Shown: one piece after another, positions 21,875 through 32,429 of the stretch
Layout of the letters: every line of letters starts with the position of its first letter
Numbering within the stretch: position 1 is the first letter of the stretch
Assembly (NCBI GenBank): GCA_002010075.1
Contig: MTMG01000013.1
Coordinates: 72,796-136,795, forward strand
Length of the DNA: 64,000 nt
Direction: 5' to 3'
Source of the DNA: Methanomicrobia archaeon JdFR-19
GTDB lineage: Archaea > Halobacteriota > Methanosarcinia > DSM-18856 > Methermicoccaceae
Made by a program: the position numbers and the translations under genes
Notes under the pieces: generated by a model
The model's database searches: none
The model's input: only the letters and a program-made list of their open reading frames with translations
Told to the model about the DNA's origin: nothing

Positions 21875-22611
21875 GTGATGACAACCATTATCATCGACTT
21901 GTCTCCTTCCTTTATTTTGTGGAACTCGACGTCGTACCCTTTCCACTTGGTCACCATCTCTTCCTCGAACTCGTCAACGATTTCGCCAAACACATCTCTC
22001 AGATTTTTGCCAACCACATCCCCCACCCTCTCCTTTGCAATCCTGTTCATATCTATGATTTTCCCATCCTCTGCAGAAATCATCAGTCCGAAGGAATGCG
22101 TCTCGTAGAGCTTCTCAATGTACCCTTCTTTCTTCTCAACTTCCTCTTTGAGCTTCTCGATTTCCCTCTTCATCTCCTCGATTTCCTTCTCAACCTCCCT
22201 CATCCTCAGGTACTCTGCAACTCTCTGAGAAATCTCCTCCTTTTTCCGTTCAACCTCTTCGAGTGCCTTGTTCACAACCTCAAGAAACTCTCTCCTCTCT
22301 ATGGGTTTTGTGATGTAGTCGAACGCCTTGTACCTCACCGCCTCCTGAACTGTCTCTATCGAGGGTTTTCCAGTTATCATTACTATCGGGTTCTCGTATC
22401 CAGCCTCTTTGAGAAACTTCAAAAGTTCTGTACCTGACACATCTGGAAGAACTATGTCCATTATTATGAGGTCAAAATCTCTCTCAACAAACCTCTCACA
22501 AGCCTCTTTATAACTATCTGCGGTCTCGACAAAATGTCCTTCCTTTTCAAGTATCCTCTTCAATGTTTTCCTAATCCCCTCCTCATCATCCACGACAAGA
22601 ATGTTTGCCAT
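21871..22611 (-). CDS. Response regulator, receiver (CheY-like) domain fused to a PAS domain, with no DNA-binding output
   Basis: N-terminal REC (VVDDEEG...DLIIMDIVLPD...KP) followed by a coiled linker and a PAS-like C-terminus. Confidence 0.8.
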   Translation of the reverse strand: MANILVVDDEEGIRKTLKRILEKEGHFVETADSYKEACERFVERDFDLIIMDIVLPDVSGTELLKFLKEAGYENPIVMITGKPSIETVQEAVRYKAFDYITKPIERREFLEVVNKALEEVERKKEEISQRVAEYLRMREVEKEIEEMKREIEKLKEEVEKKEGYIEKLYETHSFGLMISAEDGKIIDMNRIAKERVGDVVGKNLRDVFGEIVDEFEEEMVTKWKGYDVEFHKIKEGDKSMIMVVIT

Positions 22612-22795
22612 ACTTTCCCTCCAACATCCCTTTTTAATTTAGATTATTTTAATCTATTGAGTCAAATTATTTAAACCATGAACACTTTCACATCTGTTTG
22701 TTTATTTGCAAGGAATAAACTCATCAGCAGATTTTTGGATTTGCATCACTGGGTTGGCATTGACGGGAAGGTTGAAATCAGTGTCCCATCCATCC

Positions 22796-23694
22796 TCACC
22801 ATGATGAAATATCTTCGTCCGAGGGGTTCATTATCACCCTGAAATTGAAGCTTGGGATATCACATCTCACCTTTATACTCCATTCCCCGCTCTCTGGCGA
22901 ATTGACCAAGTTCTTGTAGGTGTGCCTTATCTGGGAGTTATCGTTGAAGTAGTCATCTGGTCCAACCCATCCAGAAACCACACTCTTTACCTCTCCCCCA
23001 CCCACAACTCCAGAAGGGGATTCGAGTGTTATCTCTGTATTCTCATTCGCTCCATCGTACTCGTTCCACTCCACTATCACAAGTATTCTCTCCACACTCT
23101 CTCCCACCTCAAACGTCCTCACAATCTCCTTTTCGAGTGGTTGATAAACATACACAGAATAGTACCTCAACTGCTCTGGATAGCTTGAACTTCTCACAGC
23201 AATCGTTCCACTGTAATATCCTTCGGCAACATTTTCAGGAACACTCACTATTATCTCCACCACCTCGCTCTCGCCGGGTGAAAGGCTCACACTCGAAGGA
23301 GACACACTCACCCATTCTGGGTCTATCTGTGTTCTTTCGTACATGGGCATTTCATAAGAAACAGGGACTATGTCGAACTTCTGGGTCGTATCCGCATTGT
23401 TCGATATCTTCATCTTGATGGATACCGTGCCACCCACTTTCACATACTTCTGAGACCATGGGATGTAGATACTGAGAGCCTTCTCCCCCATCTGTCCCGG
23501 AGATGACATCATGGTGTCCATGGGACGCTCTTCGGCTGATGGCATCATCTCGCCCGTATCCATGGGATGCTCTTCAACAGGCTGTTCTTCGACCACCCCC
23601 TCACCTCCAATGCTTTCACTCCCCTCCTGACCGATACAGCCGAGGAGTGCAACGACCATCAGCACTGCCAACAGAATTCCCAATTTTCTCATGA
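22796..23694 (-). CDS. Secreted protein or lipoprotein, function unknown
   Basis: The true start is probably the Met of the signal peptide MRKLGILLAVLMVVALLGCIG (lipobox-like LLGC). The 145 aa upstream of it in the track ORF run antisense through the lysK promoter and start. Confidence 0.6.
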
Positions 23695-23746
23695 CCCCAT
23701 AGAAAAGACCAAACTTAATAAATGTATGCGTATTAAAAATGAGAGA

Positions 23747-25231
23747 ATGCACTGGGCTGATGCCATCGCACAAGAGCTTGCTGGTAAGAAGCATGTGATT
23801 GCAACAGGAATCACACCCTCTGGCCCCATACACATAGGGAACATGAGGGAAGTAATAACAGGGGACTTGATATACAGGGCTATCAAAGATGCGGGGGGAG
23901 ATGCAACCCTCGTGTACATCGCAGATAACCTCGACCCATTGAGGAAGAGGTATCCCTTCCTTGGTAAAGAGTATGAGAAGTATGTGGGCATGCCACTCTG
24001 CGATATTCCCTGTCCGTGTGGGGAATGTGAGAACTATGCAGAGCATTTTCTGAAACCGTTCCTGAAATCGCTTGAAAAGCTCGATATACATCCCATTATT
24101 TACAGATCTGACGAACTTTACACACACGGAAAGTTCGATGAAGTGATCAAAATAGCAATTCAGTCCACCGAAAGAATTGCGAAAATTCTGAAAGAAACGT
24201 CTGGGAGGGATGTTCCTGAGGGATGGTCTCCATTCATGCCAAAATGCCCATTCTGTGGAAAACTGACAACCACCCGAGTTCTCGACTTCTCAGACATGGT
24301 CGAATTCGAGTGTGAGTGTGGGGAAGAGGGAAAGGTGGGAATAAGAGAAGGAAAACTCGTGTGGAGAGTTGATTGGCCTGCGAGGTGGAAAGTTCTCAAT
24401 GTTACAGTTGAGCCGTTCGGGAAAGACCATGCAGCTGCAGGAGGTTCGTATGATACTGGTGCTAGAATATCTAGGGAAATATATGGATACGAACCGCCTC
24501 ATCCCGTGGTTTATGAGTGGATAACGCTTAAAGGAAAGCCAATGTCCTCGTCCAAGGGAGTGAGTGTAACGGTTGAGGACATGCTCAAGGTGGTTCCCCC
24601 CGACATTCTGAGATACATGATAGTCAGGGTGAAACCTGAAAAGCATATAGACTTCGACCCGCAAATCACATTATTGCAACTCGTTGATGAGTTCGAGGAA
24701 CTCGACAGAGGCTCGAGAGAGTACGAACTCTCACATGTCGAGCTTCAGGCAGACATTCCTTTCCGCCATATGATAACTGTGGTGCAGATAGCGAAGAACG
24801 ATGACCAGATATTCGAGGTTCTTGAGAGGAGCGGATACAAAGTAGACCGGAGTGATAAGAGACAGGTGGAGGCAGTGCTTTCCCTTGCCTCGAATGCAAG
24901 GGAATGGGTGAAAATGTACGCACCAGAAAGGATGAAGTTCGAGGTGAAGGAGAGGGTGGATGTTAAGTTCGATGAAAAGGAGAGGGAGGGGTTAAGGAGA
25001 TTGGCTGAGTTGTTTGAAAAAAGAGAGATGGATGCAAAGGAAGTTCATGATTCCATATACAGAGTGGCGAATGAGATTGGAATGAAGCCGAGCAAACTCT
25101 TCGAGGCTATATACAAGGTGTTCCTCGGAAAGAAGTATGGACCGAGAGCTGGCTGGTTCTTGGTTTCCCTTCCTCGCAACTTCGTGATACAGAGACTTAA
25201 AGAGAGTCAAGAGGGAAACAATGAAAGTTGA
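23747..25231 (+). CDS. lysK: Lysyl-tRNA synthetase, class I
   Basis: HIGN and KMSSSKG class I motifs. The N-terminus MHWADAIA matches archaeal LysK starts (MVHWAD...). The track ORF begins further upstream in frame. Confidence 0.85.
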   Translation: MHWADAIAQELAGKKHVIATGITPSGPIHIGNMREVITGDLIYRAIKDAGGDATLVYIADNLDPLRKRYPFLGKEYEKYVGMPLCDIPCPCGECENYAEHFLKPFLKSLEKLDIHPIIYRSDELYTHGKFDEVIKIAIQSTERIAKILKETSGRDVPEGWSPFMPKCPFCGKLTTTRVLDFSDMVEFECECGEEGKVGIREGKLVWRVDWPARWKVLNVTVEPFGKDHAAAGGSYDTGARISREIYGYEPPHPVVYEWITLKGKPMSSSKGVSVTVEDMLKVVPPDILRYMIVRVKPEKHIDFDPQITLLQLVDEFEELDRGSREYELSHVELQADIPFRHMITVVQIAKNDDQIFEVLERSGYKVDRSDKRQVEAVLSLASNAREWVKMYAPERMKFEVKERVDVKFDEKEREGLRRLAELFEKREMDAKEVHDSIYRVANEIGMKPSKLFEAIYKVFLGKKYGPRAGWFLVSLPRNFVIQRLKESQEGNNES

Positions 25232-26090
25232 TGCGAGATGCATAGAATGTTTGCTTTCGAGAGTGAGATATGAGGCAAAGCTATCGACAGGGGATGAGGA
25301 AAAGATAATGAAGGCTTGCCTCACTGGTCTGAGGGCAATGTGCAACTACTTCAGACCAGATGAGTGTTCTGGAAGGGTCGCAACACTTGTGCATAGGGAG
25401 GTGTATGAGGTATTAGGGGACTCCGACCCGTACAAGTAGGTAAAGGACTTGTCAAATCTGGTTGCGATGGAGATTCTGCCTCTGGCAAAGAGGGCGGTGG
25501 AGAAGGGGAAGACAAGAAAGGAGAGGATAAAGAGAGCCTTGCTCTCAGCCACGATTGGAAACGCATTCGATTTTGGTGTGAGTGGATATGAGGTTCCTTA
25601 CAAGGAGTTCGAGAGAAAGTTCTTCGAGTATTTTGAAAAGGGGTTCGAGATAGACGACACAGACGAGATAATCGAAATGCTGGACAACGTTGTGTATGTT
25701 GTGGATAACTGTGGTGAAATTGTGCTTGACTCCATTGCATTGAGGGAATTGAAGGGTGTGGGGAGGGTGACGCTTGTTGTGAGAGGGGCACCCATACTCA
25801 CAGATGCCACCCTCGAGGAGGTGAAATGGCTCGGACTTGATTTGGTTGTGGATGAGGTGCTGACAACAGGGGGTGCAACAATTGGTATTCTGATGGAAGA
25901 AGCACCCGAAGAACTCAAGAATGCGATGGATGATGCAACGCTTGTGATTGCGAAGGGGATGGCTAACTATGAGACCCTTTCAGAGTACGATGTACGGCCC
26001 ATATGTTATTTGATGATGGCTAAATGCAGTGTCGTGGCAAGGAGCATTGGTACGAGGAAAGGCAGTCTGGTTGCGAAGCTGGTGAGGTAA
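25221..26090 (+). CDS. DUF89 (ARMT1-like damage-control phosphatase) family protein, with an in-frame TAG at 25437..25439
   Basis: Track ORFs 25221..25439 and 25449..26090 are in the same frame and joined by TAG. The conserved DUF89 N-terminal CIECL...DPYK region continues as VKDLSNLVA...DNCGEIVLD after the TAG. The downstream ORF start was only callable as TTG. Confidence 0.8.
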
Positions 26091-26094
26091 AACC

Positions 26095-26304
26095 TCAATC
26101 ATCTGCTGTATCTACTCTTTTGAGCATTTCATGGTGCAACGAGCCCTCTCGTATTAACCTCACACCGCAATTCGGACATCTCTCTTCTCTACAAGGTATC
26201 CCTGCTTCGTGTGGTTTCTTATAACCACATTTTGGACAGAAACAAAATCCATGTGGTCCAAGACCCATTTTTTCATCCTTTTCATCCATGTGATACCTTC
26301 TCAA
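26095..26304 (-). CDS. Small zinc-ribbon protein
   Basis: CPKC...CPNC pair in 69 aa. No family assignment. Confidence 0.5.
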   Translation of the reverse strand: MRRYHMDEKDEKMGLGPHGFCFCPKCGYKKPHEAGIPCREERCPNCGVRLIREGSLHHEMLKRVDTADD

Positions 26305-26407
26305 CTAACACGTATTTATGTTTTACAAATACTTGGAAGTTATTTTCGAATCTCTTTGAGTTGCCACGGTCTGATTTGCAGGGAAATGAGAGGATTGAAA
26401 ATACAAC

Positions 26408-26481
26408 ATGCCCAGACCCGGATTTGAACCGGGGACAACCGCGTCTTCAGCGCGGCGCTCTCCCAGACTGAGCTACCTGGG
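26408..26481 (-). tRNA. tRNA-Phe (anticodon GAA)
   Basis: Cloverleaf with acceptor GCCCAGG/UCUGGGC, anticodon loop CUGAAGA and T-arm CCCGGUUCAAAUCCGGG. Confidence 0.85.
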
Positions 26482-26523
26482 CTAACATTATATTAACTAT
26501 AACAATTTAAAACATTTACTCTG

Positions 26524-28329
26524 ATGGAACCTCTGAAGAAAGCGTTTGCAAGGGTAAGGGAACGGATATCTGTGGACGATAGCGAGAGACAGAAACTTTC
26601 ACACATCAGAGATGAATCACTACAGAAGTTGGATGAGCTTTGGGACATCGCTTTGAAGAATCTGAAAAAGAACGGCTTCGAAGTTTTCTTTGCAAGAACA
26701 AAAGAGGATGCACTTTCAGTTATAAAATCCGTAATAGGGTCTGAAAAGAAGGTTGTGAAGTCGAAAACAAACCTCACATACGAACTTGACCTCAGAAAGT
26801 TTTTTGAATCAGAAGGAATCGAATTCGTGGAAACAGACCTCGGAGATCGAATTCTTCAGCTCACGGGAGACCCCCCTTCCCATCCAACCGCTCCCATATC
26901 TCACCTCTCTGCAGAGGATGTGAAGCGAGTCCTCATCGAACGCGGAATACTCGACAGGGAAGAGGTCAGTGTGGAGGAGATGACTGATTTGGTAAGAAAG
27001 GATGTCCTCTTCCACATCAGAGATTCAAAGGTGGGAATACTTGGTGTGAATGGTGTATGTGCGAAAGAGGGTTGCTGTTTCACAATACACAACGAGGGGA
27101 ATGTGACCCAGATTCTATCGAATGCGGAAAGGGTGGTGATGCTCGTTGGACTCGATAAGATATATGAAAGTATGGAGGAAGCATCGCTTGCAATAAAGCT
27201 CCAGACCCAGTACGCAACCGGTTCGTTAGTCCCATCCTTCGTGGAGTTTGTTGGAGGACCATCCAAAACAGCTGACATCGAGAAAAGGTACATCAGAGGT
27301 ATGTACGGACCGAGGGAAGTTGTGCTTGTCGTAATAGACAATGGAAGGAGGGAGCTTCTCAGTTCTCAGTTCAGAGATATTCTGAAGTGCATTGGATGTG
27401 GTTCGTGTATCGTTCACTGCCCGGTTTACAACGCAGAGATGGTTGGGAGTTCTGCTGGAATCGTGAGGTCTGCAGTCTTGGGGATAGACTCGGATGTTGC
27501 ATTCAAATGCACGATGTGTTCGCTCTGCAACGATAACTGCCCATCGATGATCGAACTCAACTCCCTCTTGCTCGAATTGAGGAGGCGAAGGATATCAAGA
27601 GGGGACGTGCTGAAGCCTCATCAGAAACTCTATCGAAAGGCTCTTTCTGGAAGAATTTTTGAATACGATTTTGATTTTAACATCAGGAACGATGCAGACA
27701 CGGTTCTGTTTGCGGGATGCTTCACTCTGGCAAGAAGAAGAGATACTCTGCTCAAGGGAATAGAGCTTCTGAACTCGGCAGAATTCGATTTCTCTTTCAC
27801 AGACGAAGTGTGCTGTGGCTCTCCCCTGAAAAACATAGGACTTCCCCACGAAGGTGTGCTGAACAGACTTCTTGAGAGACTGGAGGGAAAGAGAGTTGTG
27901 TGTATGTGTGTTGCATGCCATTCGGTTTTGAGTGGGGCAGGTGTAGATGCAATCCACATAGGTGAGGTTCTACTTGACCTCATAGAAGAGGGAAAACTCA
28001 GTGTGAGCAATTTCGACAGTACAACCTACAACTACCATCACTCGTGCCATATGAGTAAAGACTTCGAAAAGAGATTCCTGTCCATGCTTGATGCATTCGA
28101 TTTCAACATAGAGTCACTGCCGAGATGGTGCTGTGGTGGAGGAGGCGGTGTAAGGTCTGCCTTTCCAGAACTCACTCTAAAGATGTCTCGTGAAATCGTG
28201 GAGAGAGCTGGCAACTCTACCATCATAACCCCGTGCAACTTCTGTGCCCACAACCTCACAGAAGCGGGTGGCAAAGTTCTCGATGTTGTTGAGTTCATCT
28301 GGCACCACACCAAAACAACAAACTTATAA
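26524..28329 (+). CDS. Iron-sulfur oxidoreductase: LUD/DUF162 (LutC-like) domain + 2x[4Fe-4S] ferredoxin + two CCG domains (LutB/GlcF/HdrD-like)
   Basis: 601 aa with CIGCGSCIVHCP and CTMCSLCNDNCP clusters, followed by CCG-type cysteine motifs (CCGSPL, CCGGGGG). Confidence 0.75.
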   Translation: MEPLKKAFARVRERISVDDSERQKLSHIRDESLQKLDELWDIALKNLKKNGFEVFFARTKEDALSVIKSVIGSEKKVVKSKTNLTYELDLRKFFESEGIEFVETDLGDRILQLTGDPPSHPTAPISHLSAEDVKRVLIERGILDREEVSVEEMTDLVRKDVLFHIRDSKVGILGVNGVCAKEGCCFTIHNEGNVTQILSNAERVVMLVGLDKIYESMEEASLAIKLQTQYATGSLVPSFVEFVGGPSKTADIEKRYIRGMYGPREVVLVVIDNGRRELLSSQFRDILKCIGCGSCIVHCPVYNAEMVGSSAGIVRSAVLGIDSDVAFKCTMCSLCNDNCPSMIELNSLLLELRRRRISRGDVLKPHQKLYRKALSGRIFEYDFDFNIRNDADTVLFAGCFTLARRRDTLLKGIELLNSAEFDFSFTDEVCCGSPLKNIGLPHEGVLNRLLERLEGKRVVCMCVACHSVLSGAGVDAIHIGEVLLDLIEEGKLSVSNFDSTTYNYHHSCHMSKDFEKRFLSMLDAFDFNIESLPRWCCGGGGGVRSAFPELTLKMSREIVERAGNSTIITPCNFCAHNLTEAGGKVLDVVEFIWHHTKTTNL

Positions 28330-28354
28330 TCGAATTACGATATAGTTCGGTGAG

Positions 28355-30547
28355 ATGTCCATCAGAAGGTTCTACGAGAGACTTGGCATATTCGTGGAGG
28401 GTCATGGCAGACTGATAATCGTATGTGCCATTCTTCTCTTCATATTCTCCTTGTTAATGGCTCAACAGATAGAATTTGCAACTGGCACCGATACATTTGT
28501 TGACAAGGACTCTCGCATATACCAGGACTATCAGCACCTCTATCTCGAAAATTTCAGGACAGACTCATTGGTTGTGATGGTTTCGTCTGATGATGTAACA
28601 TCTCCAGAAGTCCTGGAAGCGATGGATTCGCTCGAGAACTACATCAGAGAAGTTGAACACGTGATTTCTGTGTCGAGCATAACTGATTATGCGAAGCAGA
28701 TGAATGTGCAGAGGAGTGGCATTTCCGAGATAGGCAATCGTCAGACGTACAAGCGAGTTCTGAGTCAGTTCTATGGGACACCGTTGTTGCCGAACAAGAA
28801 CAACGCATTCATTTTCATCGAAATAGAGTCAGATCTAACAACTGACCAGCAGGAGGAGATTCTGAACCAGATTCAGCAGAGGATAGACTTCATGGACCTT
28901 CCCCCATCCACCACAATGGTGCTGACAGGTGAGACAGCGTTCAATCTTGAACTTCAGGGCGAGATGTCTAAGACACTTGGAACCACAATGGCTATCGCGG
29001 CTCTTTTGATGGTTGTCATACTCACACTCGTTTTCAGGTACGTCAGATGGTATTTCCTTCCCTTCATCATAATCATCATCGCCCTTATCTACACATTTGG
29101 ACTCATGGGATTTCTCGATATTAAGATGACGATGGTTTCCATGGCCATCTTCCCGATTCTGTTGGGTCTCGGTCTCGATTATGCAATTCAGTTTCACAAC
29201 CGCATCGAGGAAGAACTCAAAAGAAGGGAGGACAGGAAGGAGGCGGTGTATTACACTGTTGGAAGAACCGGGCCCGCAGTTGCAATCGCCCTCACAATCA
29301 CAGCCTTCGGTTTTTCAGCTCTTCTCACATCTCCAGTTCCGATGATAAGGGGATTCGCCATGATGGGCATAGTCGGAATAGTTGTATGTTATCTGACCGC
29401 TCTGTTCGTAGGAGTGTTCATCATATACGAACTCGATAGAAGATGGATTAAAAAACACGGAATAAACAGAGAGAACAAAAGAAACAAAAAAGTGAGTAGG
29501 GTAGATAATAAGGTAAGTAAAGTAAAAATATCAGATATCACGATGTGGACTGCAAAACGTCCCTTTGCCATTCTCAGCATTGCTCTCCTTCTCGGTGGAA
29601 TCGGCTTCTATTATGATGAGAAGGTTGATGTGCAGACCGATGTGAGGGAATACGTCCCTCCTGATTTGGATTGTCTGCTCGAGTTCAAAAAGATGGAGAG
29701 CCTGATGGGAGGAAGGACAGACTACATGGTCGTTCTCGTGAGGGGAGATATAGACTCTGAGACACAGAGGTGGATGGAAGACTTTGGGAAACACGAGGTT
29801 GAACTCAATCCACACATCCACTCCTACCACACAGCTTCAGCAGAGGGTAATACACTTGCAGCCATCTATCTGGACATAGGGGATGCGTATGCAGAGCTGG
29901 GTCTATCGGGGACAAAGGAGCTCTCACAACAGATATACGATGACTTGCAATGGCTCCCACCACCTCCTGGCATAACAGCCACTTTAACGGGAGACATGTA
30001 CCTTTTCACAATCGTTCTCGATGCTCTCACGAGCGGTAGGGTTGAGATGACGGTCTTCGGTCTGTTTCTCATATTCCTTGCTCTTCTCGTGATATACAGA
30101 AACCTGAAAAAGGCTCTTGTTCCCGTAATTCCAATGATAATCGTGACGGGATGGAGTGGTGGGCTGATGTATTTTGCAGGAGTACCGTACACCCCACTGA
30201 CTGCAACCCTCGGTGCTCTCATTCTTGGCATTGGTGGTGAGTACACAGTTCTGATGATGGAGAGGTATTATGAGGAGAGGGAAAATGGTCTCGATCCCTA
30301 TGAGGCGATGAAGGAGGCAACAACCAAAATCGGGAGAGCAATTCTCGCATCTGGTTTGACAGTTCTCTTCGGCTTCTCAGCCCTCATCACCTCATCCTTC
30401 CCGATGCAGTCGAACTTCGGTCTTGTCACCGTGATGGACATGACCTTCGTGATTCTTGCAACCTTTTTGATATTCCCACCCCTGATAGTGACGCTTGACA
30501 GATTGGGCGAATTCAGAGGGCGACATATACTGAAATCCAAATTCTGA
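28355..30547 (+). CDS. RND-superfamily exporter (MMPL/HAE3-like, two SSD-type 6-TM bundles)
   Basis: 730 aa, TM-periplasmic-TM-periplasmic-TM architecture. Lys-rich linker around 29440-29560. Confidence 0.8.
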   Translation: MSIRRFYERLGIFVEGHGRLIIVCAILLFIFSLLMAQQIEFATGTDTFVDKDSRIYQDYQHLYLENFRTDSLVVMVSSDDVTSPEVLEAMDSLENYIREVEHVISVSSITDYAKQMNVQRSGISEIGNRQTYKRVLSQFYGTPLLPNKNNAFIFIEIESDLTTDQQEEILNQIQQRIDFMDLPPSTTMVLTGETAFNLELQGEMSKTLGTTMAIAALLMVVILTLVFRYVRWYFLPFIIIIIALIYTFGLMGFLDIKMTMVSMAIFPILLGLGLDYAIQFHNRIEEELKRREDRKEAVYYTVGRTGPAVAIALTITAFGFSALLTSPVPMIRGFAMMGIVGIVVCYLTALFVGVFIIYELDRRWIKKHGINRENKRNKKVSRVDNKVSKVKISDITMWTAKRPFAILSIALLLGGIGFYYDEKVDVQTDVREYVPPDLDCLLEFKKMESLMGGRTDYMVVLVRGDIDSETQRWMEDFGKHEVELNPHIHSYHTASAEGNTLAAIYLDIGDAYAELGLSGTKELSQQIYDDLQWLPPPPGITATLTGDMYLFTIVLDALTSGRVEMTVFGLFLIFLALLVIYRNLKKALVPVIPMIIVTGWSGGLMYFAGVPYTPLTATLGALILGIGGEYTVLMMERYYEERENGLDPYEAMKEATTKIGRAILASGLTVLFGFSALITSSFPMQSNFGLVTVMDMTFVILATFLIFPPLIVTLDRLGEFRGRHILKSKF

Positions 30548-30584
30548 TTTTAACAAATTCTATCCTTCTTTCGCATTCTAAACC

Positions 30585-31094
30585 ATGATTGTTGAGGGAG
30601 TCGTACTCAGAATAGGCGAGCCAAACTCGAACGGATGGCTGATACCAGAGGAGGAAGCTGATGGGGTGATTGAGTCCCTCCCCTCAACTCCCCTCACCCT
30701 CTCATCAAAAGACCACATGAACGAAAGGGTGGTTGGAACGGTCGTGGATGCATGGAGGGAAGGGGATAGGGTAGTCGTGAGAGCAGAAGTGAGCGACACC
30801 GAGGTGAGGGACATGATGCTCAGGGGGGAACTTCCAAGGGGATGGTCGATCAATGCAAAGGGAGATGTCTCAAACGGTGTTGCCCGCGACATAGAAATCG
30901 ACACCCTCACAATCGTTAAAAATCCAGCATACAAGGAGGCTGAGTTCAGAATGGTGGAAAACAAGGAAGAAATTAGAGACAAAAGTGAAAATAAAACTGA
31001 AAATGAGAAGAAAAAGGATTTCGATATAGAAATCGAATCCTATGGGCTAACGGTTGGATACTACGACAGAGAAAGTGGAAAATGGATTGCGTGA
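30585..31094 (+). CDS. HK97-family prohead protease-like protein (Peptidase S78/U35-like)
   Basis: Pattern PLTLSSKDHMNERVVGTVVDAW..GDRVVVRAEVSD...GELPRGWSI resembles the U35 consensus (PLL.nHd...iG.v....edgL.v...). Charged KE-rich tail. Confidence 0.5.
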   Translation: MIVEGVVLRIGEPNSNGWLIPEEEADGVIESLPSTPLTLSSKDHMNERVVGTVVDAWREGDRVVVRAEVSDTEVRDMMLRGELPRGWSINAKGDVSNGVARDIEIDTLTIVKNPAYKEAEFRMVENKEEIRDKSENKTENEKKKDFDIEIESYGLTVGYYDRESGKWIA

Positions 31095-31104
31095 GGTGGT
31101 TTGA

Positions 31105-31572
31105 ATGTGGAACAAAGGAAACAAGGTTGTGCTTGCCGGCTCCCCAATCGTCGAGGAGATGAAGATGGGCTCGAACGCAACCCAGTCAGATATGGTACCT
31201 GGGCGCCTTGTGGTGAGAGACACGTCTGATGAGAGTGTGAAGGAAGCACCTGCCAACACAACCCAGCCAGCTGGCTGGATCGGATACGAGCAATCACACC
31301 CAGCACATCGCCCCTCAGACAGAACCACCGCATACTCCTCAGGTGCCTACATTCCAGTTCTGAGGGGACCGGGAGTTGTCCTCATATCAGAGATTACATC
31401 CTCTTCGATAACAAAAGGGGACCTCCTCGTGAGTGCGGGTAATGGAAAACTAACAAAGGCAACGTTTGACGCAACCACCAATTCGCTTCAGTACGTGGCA
31501 GTCGCGATAGCACTTGAAACAGTCGACGCATCCACTGTCGATAAGGAATGTGTTGTGATGAGTTTGATTTGA
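31105..31572 (+). CDS. Hypothetical protein between protease and capsid genes (decoration, scaffold or cargo candidate)
   Basis: 155 aa, Thr/Ser-rich. The only evidence is its position in a head-module-like array. Confidence 0.4.
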   Translation: MWNKGNKVVLAGSPIVEEMKMGSNATQSDMVPGRLVVRDTSDESVKEAPANTTQPAGWIGYEQSHPAHRPSDRTTAYSSGAYIPVLRGPGVVLISEITSSSITKGDLLVSAGNGKLTKATFDATTNSLQYVAVAIALETVDASTVDKECVVMSLI

Positions 31573-31585
31573 TGGGGTGATGTGA

Positions 31586-32416
31586 ATGATACTTTCGCCC
31601 GAACATTATCGAAAATTGAGAGAAGATGTTGTGATAGCAGCAAGAAGAGCAAACGTTGCTAGAAAACTCATGGCAATCAGGGGACCACTTGGTCTTGGGG
31701 TACAACAGTACAGCTATGATGTGCTGGGGGAGGTTGCAAATGCCATACTTTCCCATGTGTTCGAGGCAAGAGACATGGATGTTGTCAATCTCACTCGCAC
31801 AGATGTGAATGTTCCAGTACTTCAGAAGATGTTCGAGATTTCGAGGAGGGATGTTGAATCCTCGCGGAGATATGGAATACCACTCAATACCGCACTGGCA
31901 TCATCGTGTGCATACAAGATATCCTGTCTCGAGAATGAACTCTCTCTGGTCGGATGGGAGAAGGACAGCTCATACGACATCAAGGGACTTTACAGCTCTG
32001 CTGGGAACTCAATCACCGGCTCGGATTTCGGAACCGCAGGAAATGCCATAACGAGTGTGGCTGATGCGATGGGTACCCTGATGGAGGACGAAGTCTTCCC
32101 ACCATACAATTTGGTGCTACACCCAACCCAGTACGCAGAGCTTGTTGGAAACGTTCTCACCTCTGGGGACAGAGAGATATCTCACGTAAAGGAGATGATT
32201 GGTGGTGAGGTGGTGGTGACACCCTTCATCTCAGATGGCACTGGGATGTTGCTGGCAACTCCTGAAGCAAGGTTCTTCGAACTCGTCGTCGCCCAAGACC
32301 TCACGGTTGAGACATGGGAGGACCCAGATACCAAAAACCTGAGAGGCAGAGTGTTCGAGTGTGTTGTGCCTGTGGTGTATGATGCGAATGCGATATGCAA
32401 GCTGACAAGCATTTGA
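31586..32416 (+). CDS. Encapsulin / HK97-fold major capsid protein (Linocin_M18-like)
   Basis: 276 aa. Its C-terminal half (PYNLVLHPTQYAELVG...TPFISDGTGMLLATPEARFFELVVAQDLTVE...PVVYDANAICKL) follows the encapsulin family pattern. Confidence 0.7.
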   Translation: MILSPEHYRKLREDVVIAARRANVARKLMAIRGPLGLGVQQYSYDVLGEVANAILSHVFEARDMDVVNLTRTDVNVPVLQKMFEISRRDVESSRRYGIPLNTALASSCAYKISCLENELSLVGWEKDSSYDIKGLYSSAGNSITGSDFGTAGNAITSVADAMGTLMEDEVFPPYNLVLHPTQYAELVGNVLTSGDREISHVKEMIGGEVVVTPFISDGTGMLLATPEARFFELVVAQDLTVETWEDPDTKNLRGRVFECVVPVVYDANAICKLTSI

Positions 32417-32429
32417 TTGAGGTGTCTGG

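Noticed and set aside
22612-22795. The 180-nt intergenic region upstream of the REC-PAS gene as a hiding place for pylT or another tRNA
   Set aside because: No acceptor or T-arm-like complementary segments could be folded from it. It looks like a plain AT-rich promoter region.
22796-24127. The 443-aa track ORF as a single long protein
   Set aside because: Its first 145 codons run antisense across the lysK start and promoter and have no protein-like features. The real protein begins at the signal-peptide Met (MRKLGILLAVLMVVALLGC).
29440-29560. AT-rich stretch inside the RND exporter gene as a possible insertion or intron
   Set aside because: It stays in frame and encodes a Lys/Asn/Arg-rich cytoplasmic linker (KKHGINRENKRNKKVSRVDNKVSKVK) between the two transmembrane bundles, with no in-frame stops.
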